Source of the DNA: Gemmatimonadales bacterium
Lineage (GTDB): Bacteria > Gemmatimonadota > Gemmatimonadetes > Gemmatimonadales > GWC2-71-9
Assembly (NCBI GenBank): GCA_965249575.1
Contig: OZ252244.1
Coordinates: 1,568,001-1,632,000 of the forward strand
DNA length: 64,000 nt
Direction: 5' to 3'
The translations under genes and the position numbers were made by a program. The number at the start of each line of letters is the position of its first letter. Position 1 is the first letter of the stretch. The notes beneath the pieces were generated by a model. It made no database searches. It had not been told where the DNA came from and was given only the letters and a program-made list of their open reading frames with translations. Positions 57,056-64,000 of this stretch are shown here, one piece after another.

Positions 57056-57732
57056 TCTTCGAGGGTCGCGGGGAAGAGTAGGACGGAGAGGGCGAAGAAC
57101 ACGATGTCAAACGCAGCGAGCAACTTAAGCCACCCGACCGAATCGCTCAAGGGTCGCTCCGCGAGAATGCGGGCCGTCACCTGTACCCCGCCTATGAGAG
57201 GCGGCACCAGGAAGGGTAGCATCAGGACGGGGAGCATCAGCTCGGCGAATCGGGTGCGAACGGTCATGGAACTGAGAAGGGTGCCGACCGGAACGAAGGC
57301 GAGAGTCGCCATCAACACGACGAGCCCCAGCTCCGGAAGCCGCGACCAAAGGGGGACATCGTAGAAGAGGATAAACAGGGGAATGGTCACCAACTCGACG
57401 ATTCCGACGAATACGAGGTTCGCTAGGGCCTTTCCGATGAAAATGGAAGAACGCGGTGCCGGGCTCATGAGTATCGCGTCAAGCGAGCAATTCTCCCGCT
57501 CGAGCAGGAAACCGCGATTGAATCCGATCATCGCCGCGAACGTGAAGGTCACCCATAGGGCGCCTGGCGCGACCTCAAAGGCTGACACCCCAGTCGGGTC
57601 GCGCGCGAAGAAGAGGATCGCCAAGACCAGGACCGCGAACACGACCGCAGAGGCAAACGCCGTCCGGGTGCGCCACTCCACCGCGAGGTCTTTTCGGGCC
57701 ACCGCAAACACCGCACGGGCCGCGTCACCCAT
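57052..57732 (-). CDS. ccmB: Cytochrome c maturation protein B
   Basis: KDL..E.R, PGALW, F..E.E...LD, LPVL.LP..VP. Confidence 0.92.
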   Translation of the reverse strand: MGDAARAVFAVARKDLAVEWRTRTAFASAVVFAVLVLAILFFARDPTGVSAFEVAPGALWVTFTFAAMIGFNRGFLLERENCSLDAILMSPAPRSSIFIGKALANLVFVGIVELVTIPLFILFYDVPLWSRLPELGLVVLMATLAFVPVGTLLSSMTVRTRFAELMLPVLMLPFLVPPLIGGVQVTARILAERPLSDSVGWLKLLAAFDIVFFALSVLLFPATLEE

Positions 57733-58405
57733 CGGGAATCAATTCGCGGTATCGCGCGGCCACCGCCGCCGCGTCGCGACCCGAGCGTGCTTCCAGGGAG
57801 AGCACCCGGCCGAAGGCGAGGAACCCGATGGAAGCCGCCAAGTCCACGACGTCTGTGAAGTGGTGGGTGACAATCACCATAGTCCGGCCGTGGTCGCGAT
57901 AGGAGCGGAACACGTCCAGCACGATGGCCGATGTGGCCTCATCCAGATTGCTCAGCGGCTCATCCAGTAAGAGGATGTCGGGATCGAACACAAGCGCCCG
58001 TGCAAGCGCGAGCCGCTGAATCATCCCGCGGCTGAACCCAGCGATGGGCTCGTCCGCGCGGCCGTGTAACCCCAGCCGTTCCAGCAACTCGTCGCCAGGT
58101 TTGGGTTGCCGCAAACCGTGTAGCCGTGCGAAAAACGTGAGGTTTTCCCGGGCAGACAGCGCGTCGTACAACATGGAACGATGCGCGACCATCCCCACCG
58201 AGCCGTGACGTTCTATCGAGCCGGTGGACGGCCTCAAGAGCCCCGCGAAGAGGCGCAGAAGGGTGGTCTTCCCGGCGCCGTTGGGGCCGACGAGGACTAC
58301 AACTTGGCCTTTGGCGATCTCGAGCGTCACGTCACGGAGCACGTGCCGGTACGCAAACCGGCGCGAAACGCCGCGTGCCGCTAGCGCCGGGTCAACCGGC
58401 GGCAT
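57725..58405 (-). CDS. ccmA: Cytochrome c maturation ABC ATPase
   Basis: GPNGAGKTT, FSRGM, LLLDEP; upstream of ccmB. Confidence 0.88.
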   Translation of the reverse strand: MPPVDPALAARGVSRRFAYRHVLRDVTLEIAKGQVVVLVGPNGAGKTTLLRLFAGLLRPSTGSIERHGSVGMVAHRSMLYDALSARENLTFFARLHGLRQPKPGDELLERLGLHGRADEPIAGFSRGMIQRLALARALVFDPDILLLDEPLSNLDEATSAIVLDVFRSYRDHGRTMVIVTHHFTDVVDLAASIGFLAFGRVLSLEARSGRDAAAVAARYRELIPDG

Positions 58406-58776
58406 CTATGCGCGCGCTGAGCTCGTCGAGATCGAACGGCTTCACCAGGTAGCCGCTGTGCCCGATGCCGAGCATCTCGACCATCGGCTCCATGCTGACA
58501 TATGAGGTCGTGATGATCACAGAGAGGTCCGCACGGTGTGCCCGCATTCGCCTCAGCAGCTCGATACCGTCCGTGTCTGGGAGACGCATGTCCATTACGA
58601 CGACGTCGGGAACGAACCCCTGCAGTTCATCCATTGCCTGGACACCCGTCCCCGCAAAGGCCATCTCAATACCGGGAGGCGAAAAAGCGCTCGTAGGCCT
58701 TCCGCAACCCGGCTTCGTCTTCCACGAATAACACGCGGCGACCGGGGGATTCGCCGGAGTGCGTCTTACTGCTCAT
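58392..58776 (-). pseudogene. Single-domain response regulator receiver with a +1 frameshift near 58668 (possible sequencing error)
   Basis: VLFVEDE...RFFASRY in one frame; EMAF...MDMRLPD.DG...KPF in the next. Confidence 0.8.
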
Positions 58777-58889
58777 GGTTTGCAATATACTGCGCGCCGC
58801 CTGCGTGGAGTCATCTCAGTGCAACGACAAGCTCAAAGATGACCAGGCGTGTGGGACGAACGTGCCGCGAGCGTCGAGCGACGCGGCGC

Positions 58890-59095
58890 TTTGGCTTCGT
58901 CACGTGCGCCGCCTGCAACCCCTTCGGACCCTCGCGCACCGCGAACTCTCATTGGTCCGTTTTCTTGCAGTGACCGGAACCCAACCCCCTGGAACACCAT
59001 GTGGCGTACGAACACATCCGACTCGCCATCCTCCTCATGAAGCCGGACGCCCGGGCGCCGTTGAACCACTTGACCGTGCCCGTGATGCGGGACAT
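58890..59095 (-). pseudogene. Decayed cold-shock protein gene
   Basis: MSRITGTVKWFN..., DVFV...QG.GFRSLQE and EF.VREGPKGLQAA.VTK across three segments; RNP1/RNP2 substituted. Confidence 0.8.
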
Positions 59096-59253
59096 ACGTT
59101 ACTCGCTCCGCAGCCGTCGCAATGGGTGCTCTCATGTCGCTGGAATCTGCGGGGAGCTTCCGGTGAGGGTGCCCCAAAAGCGCGGTGAGTATAGATGTCG
59201 CACCTCGTAACGTCAACACAGACAGTGCTTTCCAGAGTACCTGGGGGATTTCG

Positions 59254-61215
59254 ATGACGGACCGGATCGACACGCTGCTCAAGGAGCAGCGATCGTTCTC
59301 GCCACCGGCCGACTTCAAGCGCGCCGCCCATCTTCGCAGCAACAGCGTATATCGGGAAGCGAAGCAGCACCGGCTCCGCTTCTGGGCGGCCCGCGCGCGC
59401 GAACTCCAGTGGATCAAGCCGTGGAAAAAGGTGCTCGATTGGAAGCCGCCGCACGCCAAGTGGTTCGTCGGAGGAAAAATCAATGCCTCGGTGAACTGCC
59501 TCGACCGTCACATCGGAACCGCGACACGAAACAAGGTCGCGTTGCTCTGGGAGGGCGAGCCGGGGGATCGACGCGTCATGACGTACTGGGAGCTGTATCG
59601 AGAAGTGAACCGCTTCGCCAGCGCGCTGCGAGATTTGGGTGTCTCAAAGGGTGACCGCGTAGCCATTTATCTCCCGATGGTCCCGGAGGCCGTGGTCGCC
59701 ATGCTGGCGTGCGCCCGCATCGGCGCCCCCCACAGCGTCGTCTTCGGCGGATTCTCCTCGGAGTCCTTGCGGGACCGAATCAACGACGCCGAGGCAAAAG
59801 CGCTCATCACGGCCGACGTCGGCTATCGCCGCGGCCAGCTCCTACCCCTCAAGCAGGGCGCTGACCGGGCAGTCGCTGAATGCCCATCGATAGAGCACGT
59901 CGTCGTGGTGCAGCGGGAGCACGGGGTCGAGCGGGACAGCTCGCTCGTGCACATGGAGCAGGGGCGGGACCACTGGTACCACGAGCTGCTCGAGAACGCA
60001 TCCGCTCACTGTAAGCCGGCGACCATGGATGCGGAGGACACGCTCTTCATCCTGTATACGTCGGGAACGACCGGGAAGCCTAAGGGAATCGTGCATACGA
60101 CAGGCGGGTACCTGACCCAGGCCGCGGTGACGACGCGATGGGTATTTGATCTCAAGGACCAAGACGTCTTCTGGTGCACCGCCGATATCGGTTGGGTCAC
60201 CGGCCACACGTATGTCGTCTACGGTCCACTCGCGATCGGGGCGACGGTAGTGGTCTATGAAGGCGCGCCAGACTGGCCGGACAAGGACCGTCTGTGGGAT
60301 ATCGTCGAGCGCTATGGGGTGACGGTGTTCTACACCGCCCCCACCGCAATCCGCGCGTTCATGAAATGGGGCCCCGAGTTTCCATCGCGGCACGATCTCT
60401 CCACGCTGCGCCTCCTCGGGACGGTCGGCGAGCCCATCAACCCCGAGGCGTGGATATGGTACCACCATCACATCGGCGGCAAGCGGTGCCCCATCGTGGA
60501 CACGTGGTGGCAGACGGAAACCGGCGGCATCATGATCACGCCGCTGCCGGGCGTGACGAGGACGAAACCGGGCTCGGCAACGAACCCGTTTCCCGGCATT
60601 GAAGCCGCTCTCCTCGATGGATCCGGCGAGCCCATCAAAGTGGGCGGGGGATTTCTCGCCATCACGGCTCCATGGCCCGGCATGCTCCGCACCATCTACG
60701 GTGATGACAAGCGGTACCGGGACACGTATTGGAGCAAGTGGCCGAACGTCTACTTTACCGGAGACGGCGCGAAGCGGGACAAGGATGGATACTTCTGGAT
60801 ACTCGGCCGAGTGGACGACGTGCTGAACGTCGCGGGCCATCGAATCGGGACCATGGAGGTGGAAAGCGCGCTGGTTGATCACCCCGCCATCGCGGAGGCC
60901 GCCGTGGTGGGCAAGCCGCACGAGTTGAAGGGCCAGGCCCTCGCGGCCTTCGTCATCCTTCGTTCCGGCTACGAACGAACCGATAATCTCGAGGGCGAAC
61001 TCAAGAAACACGTCGCACAGAAGATTGGCGCGATCGCCAAACCGGACGACATCGTCGTGGCGGCCGATCTCCCAAAAACACGGAGTGGTAAGATCATGCG
61101 GCGGCTGCTGAAGGACATCGCGGCGGGACACACGCTCGGTGACGTCACGACGCTGGCCGACCCCACGGTGGTAGCGGCGCTACGGGACAAATACGAGGAA
61201 GAGCACGAGGCGTAG
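59254..61215 (+). CDS. acs: Acetyl-CoA synthetase
   Basis: [38 protein letters not shown]; start ATG 59254. Confidence 0.96.
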   Translation: MTDRIDTLLKEQRSFSPPADFKRAAHLRSNSVYREAKQHRLRFWAARARELQWIKPWKKVLDWKPPHAKWFVGGKINASVNCLDRHIGTATRNKVALLWEGEPGDRRVMTYWELYREVNRFASALRDLGVSKGDRVAIYLPMVPEAVVAMLACARIGAPHSVVFGGFSSESLRDRINDAEAKALITADVGYRRGQLLPLKQGADRAVAECPSIEHVVVVQREHGVERDSSLVHMEQGRDHWYHELLENASAHCKPATMDAEDTLFILYTSGTTGKPKGIVHTTGGYLTQAAVTTRWVFDLKDQDVFWCTADIGWVTGHTYVVYGPLAIGATVVVYEGAPDWPDKDRLWDIVERYGVTVFYTAPTAIRAFMKWGPEFPSRHDLSTLRLLGTVGEPINPEAWIWYHHHIGGKRCPIVDTWWQTETGGIMITPLPGVTRTKPGSATNPFPGIEAALLDGSGEPIKVGGGFLAITAPWPGMLRTIYGDDKRYRDTYWSKWPNVYFTGDGAKRDKDGYFWILGRVDDVLNVAGHRIGTMEVESALVDHPAIAEAAVVGKPHELKGQALAAFVILRSGYERTDNLEGELKKHVAQKIGAIAKPDDIVVAADLPKTRSGKIMRRLLKDIAAGHTLGDVTTLADPTVVAALRDKYEEEHEA

Positions 61216-61216
61216 G

Positions 61217-61636
61217 TCAGTCGGACGCTTTGAGCCCTGCAGCAGCCACCATGAAAATCGACCCGATGACCGCCGCTGACGCGACACAGTAGCGGCACCA
61301 CGCCTCGATCACCATCGCTTCGAGGTACGTCAAGTAGACGGTAAATGTCACACCGACACCCGCCAGAACCAGGAGGAGCACAGTCGGCCAGCGTCGGACG
61401 GCCCACCGGGGCTGGAGCCCCGCGACGCTCACACCCAGCAAAACCAGGTACCCGCCAACCCCGATGAGCGCGACGGGTATTCCGAGAAACTCCGCGTAGG
61501 GACTGGTCTGAACGGCCTCGCAACCGCCGGCGCCGCAGGAAAGGTCTCCCACCAGTCCGATCTTCCAGAACCAGAGGTAAAGCGCTACGAAGAACCCGAC
61601 GAGGGCCAGCGCAGCGATTACCATCCGGTGCGTCAC
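61217..61636 (-). CDS. VKOR-family disulfide-formation membrane protein
   Basis: C...GCEAV..S.YA..LGIP, C-terminal WCRYC; GTGA overlap with dsbA. Confidence 0.9.
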   Translation of the reverse strand: MTHRMVIAALALVGFFVALYLWFWKIGLVGDLSCGAGGCEAVQTSPYAEFLGIPVALIGVGGYLVLLGVSVAGLQPRWAVRRWPTVLLLVLAGVGVTFTVYLTYLEAMVIEAWCRYCVASAAVIGSIFMVAAAGLKASD

Positions 61637-62316
61637 GAAGTGGAGCGCTCGGCCACGCTGTCGATGATGGCCTTCAGGCGATCGTAGGCAACGCGACCCG
61701 ACACCCTCACACCCCCAACGACCAGGGTGGGGGTGGAGGTCACCCCGTCGTTGGTCGCTTGTTGCGCCGTTGCCGCGATTCGGGCTTGGAACCGATTCGA
61801 GTCCATGCACTCTTCGTAGCGGTCGATATCCAACCCGACCGTGCGGGCATAGTTTCGGAACTTGCGCGCGACACCCCGACCCGTGGACCAATCGGGCTGG
61901 AAATGATACAGCTGGTCGTGCATGCCCCAGAACCGATCCTGTTCCCCGGCGCACGCGGCTGCATGATGGGCCAGCGGGGCGCGATCATGCCCGGAGAGGG
62001 GACGGTCGCGAAAACGCCACTTGACCCTTCCGGTCTTTATCAGCCGCTCGTAGACATCCGGAAAGGTGAGAATCGTGAAGACGCGACAGGCCGGACACTG
62101 GAAATCCGCGTACTCGATTACCTCGACGGGCGCAGAATCACTGCCAACGACGTATCCCGGCAACACCTCCGCACCAACCGGGCTGCCCGGCGGCATCGCC
62201 GTCGTGACCGTGACGCCATCATCCCCCCGGGCCGCCCACCAAATGATCCCAGCCCCCACGAGCGCGAGCGCGCCCAGACCATAATAGAACCGCTTGATTG
62301 CTACCGGCCCCGCCAT
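61633..62316 (-). CDS. DsbA-family thioredoxin-fold oxidoreductase
   Basis: TM anchor, EYADFQCPAC, AAACAGEQ, GVTSTPT. Confidence 0.9.
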   Translation of the reverse strand: MAGPVAIKRFYYGLGALALVGAGIIWWAARGDDGVTVTTAMPPGSPVGAEVLPGYVVGSDSAPVEVIEYADFQCPACRVFTILTFPDVYERLIKTGRVKWRFRDRPLSGHDRAPLAHHAAACAGEQDRFWGMHDQLYHFQPDWSTGRGVARKFRNYARTVGLDIDRYEECMDSNRFQARIAATAQQATNDGVTSTPTLVVGGVRVSGRVAYDRLKAIIDSVAERSTS

Positions 62317-62603
62317 GGAGCATCCTCCTCGGAGTCAAAGTCGTCTCCCTCACCGACGTGCCGGGAGCGTTGGGCCGCTTCCCGGACGATGCGCCGGCTC
62401 TCGGCCACCTCCGGTGAGTCGTAGGTTGTCCGCACCTCGTAATGGAATAACTCGCTCCGCGCGTCACCCATCAACTTCAGCAGCCCGGGACCCGCGGCGA
62501 GAAGCTCCCGATCGCTTTCAATGGCATTGATGTGAGCGGCCAACCCACGCAGCAGCTCAACCAACCGCTGCGCGCGCTGCGCATCGTAGACTTGATCGTA
62601 CAT
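62301..62603 (-). CDS. Hypothetical protein
   Basis: GGAGG RBS; overlaps the dsbA start; helical with an acidic tail. Confidence 0.65.
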   Translation of the reverse strand: MYDQVYDAQRAQRLVELLRGLAAHINAIESDRELLAAGPGLLKLMGDARSELFHYEVRTTYDSPEVAESRRIVREAAQRSRHVGEGDDFDSEEDAPWRGR

Positions 62604-62748
62604 GACGCCTCCAGGTGAGTCTCTAGAGAAGATACACTTGTTCGAAACGGGCGTTTCGGGCAGAAGCTACCCCGTTTGCATGGCCCTGGACGCCCCGTTA
62701 GATTGCCTGCTCGCTCCTCCCCCTTCAGCCCGATTTGAGGTCCCCGGC

Positions 62749-63021
62749 ATGACCGACAAGAGACCCCCCCAGCAAGCAGGCTCCGCTCCAAACCTATTCG
62801 ACCAAGCTCGTGATGAACTATTCAGCCATATCTTGCGCTGCGGGGTTCTTGAAGCATCAGTCGAGCATCAAAAGGAGTGGTTCGACGACACGATGGACTA
62901 CCTGGCCGAACGCTACGACCGGCTGAGCGACGAAGATTTGGTCGGCTTGCGAAGGCTGGGCGAGCAGTACTGCCGACCGATCATCCAGCGGGATGACGCG
63001 GTCGCTTCTGTATCCGGCTGA
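62749..63021 (+). CDS. Hypothetical protein
   Basis: GAGG RBS before ATG 62749; plausible soluble helical composition. Confidence 0.6.
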   Translation: MTDKRPPQQAGSAPNLFDQARDELFSHILRCGVLEASVEHQKEWFDDTMDYLAERYDRLSDEDLVGLRRLGEQYCRPIIQRDDAVASVSG

Positions 63022-63103
63022 CAAAAATTACTCCCTCTAACGGCCCTGAGATGCACCCGCCTGGGGGGCATGCGGGACTGACGCCTGTTGTGGGCGCACC
63101 CCG

Positions 63104-63250
63104 TTACGCCACGTGCACTTCCCAGGTGACCGGAATGTCGGGGGCCAGCGAGTGAACGACCGAACAGTATTTCTCCAGCGAGAGCTTCACGGCCCGCTCC
63201 GCCTTGGCAACGGGTAGTCCTGCACCCTTCAGCTGATACCGGAAACTCTG
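63104..63250 (-). pseudogene. C-terminal fragment of an OsmC/YhfA-family gene
   Basis: AERAVKLSLEKYCSV..SL; no N-terminal half or start codon recognisable. Confidence 0.7.
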
Positions 63251-63783
63251 CGCGTCGTCAGCCCGGCGAACAGACGATGCCTCCGCAGGGCGTCCTCCGC
63301 ATGATACTCGAGCATCCAGTTGATGTGGCGTCGTAGCCGAATCTCGAACCCCAAGGCAAACTGGGGCCAGACGCTCGGGCAGTCCGGCGAGAGATCGCAA
63401 CCCTGATGTCCCCATACGCCAAGACCGAATCCGATATAGGGTACGGCGATCTCTGTGTCGGGTGTGAACCGGTACATGAGTTCCGCGTTCATCACATACG
63501 TGTTGACGCCCCCTCCGATACCGACCTCCACTGACGGGCGGAGCCGAACGCGATCGGTGAAGAGGTGGCCGAAGTCCAGCGTCAGGCTCCCAACGACCTG
63601 GTTGTCTCCCTTGAAGTCTGGCCCCAGCCGCGCACCAAACCCGTAGAAGCCGAGGCGAACGCCCTGGCTCTGCGAACCGCCGGCTGCGTCGGGCGGCACG
63701 AACTCCTGAGCCGCCGCCGTCGGGGTCGTGAGCCAGAACAGTATGAGAATGACGAGGGCTCGGCACGTCTGGGTCCCCATCAT
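63229..63783 (-). CDS. Small outer-membrane beta-barrel protein
   Basis: Signal peptide AAA|Q; alternating strands, PYIGFGLG, WMLEY. Confidence 0.72.
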   Translation of the reverse strand: MMGTQTCRALVILILFWLTTPTAAAQEFVPPDAAGGSQSQGVRLGFYGFGARLGPDFKGDNQVVGSLTLDFGHLFTDRVRLRPSVEVGIGGGVNTYVMNAELMYRFTPDTEIAVPYIGFGLGVWGHQGCDLSPDCPSVWPQFALGFEIRLRRHINWMLEYHAEDALRRHRLFAGLTTRRVSGIS

Positions 63784-64000
63784 GTGCGCCACGCCGCGCG
63801 ACTGTAATCGGCGATTGCGTACACGGAAATGGCTGCGGTGGACCACGCGAGTGGCCGTAACAGCTCCGACTGTGCAACGAACGCTACTAGCGTCAGCATC
63901 TGGCACAGCGTGACGGCCTTCCCTCCAGCTCGCGCCGGGAGAGTCGTGGGTCGGCCCCGCGCCGCAACGCCAGCGAAGGCGAGAATCGCCACAAGGTCCC
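63780..64000 (-). CDS. CDP-alcohol phosphatidyltransferase family (3' part only)
   Basis: DLV...AR..GKAVT..Q...AIADY, typical of a PgsA-like C-terminus; runs off the window edge. Confidence 0.65.
   Translation of the reverse strand, partial: DLVAILAFAGVAARGRPTTLPARAGGKAVTLCQMLTLVAFVAQSELLRPLAWSTAAISVYAIADYSRAAWRT

Noticed and set aside
59842..61131. 429-aa minus-strand ORF
   Set aside because: Antisense shadow of acs

Overview
GC-rich bacterial chromosomal window. Gene content (SprA-like barrel, pilBTC-pilSR-pilA order, ccm, DsbA/VKOR) suggests Gemmatimonadota, which is an inference. The left half (1-38 kb, mostly minus strand) is a large type IV pilus locus, read in transcription order: sprA-like, glutaminyl-cyclase-like M28, comEA, pilB/T/C, a ~4 kb insert, pilS/R, a translationally coupled glycosylation cassette (one GT2 and three GT-C enzymes, one TMTC-like), two tandem pilins, minor pilins, pilMNOPQ, an 819-aa Ig/beta-propeller lipoprotein, then aroC-aroK. 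The right half is mostly housekeeping: lptFG, a lysine/DAP operon, APC permease, CtaA, an ECF/ZAS anti-sigma cluster, hemBC, ccmABCD, acs and VKOR/DsbA. Best candidates for something new: (i) a pilus-linked multi-GT-C/TMTC-type protein glycosylation system, (ii) a SprA-like translocon coupled to a glutaminyl cyclase with no other T9SS genes in the window, and (iii) a recurring 29-bp dyad in pil intergenic regions alongside sigma54 promoters. Several single-base frameshifts and an in-frame amber in pilC suggest consensus errors, although a csp gene looks genuinely decayed. No rRNA, tRNA, CRISPR array or mobile element was seen. All calls come from motif recognition by eye; no searches were run.
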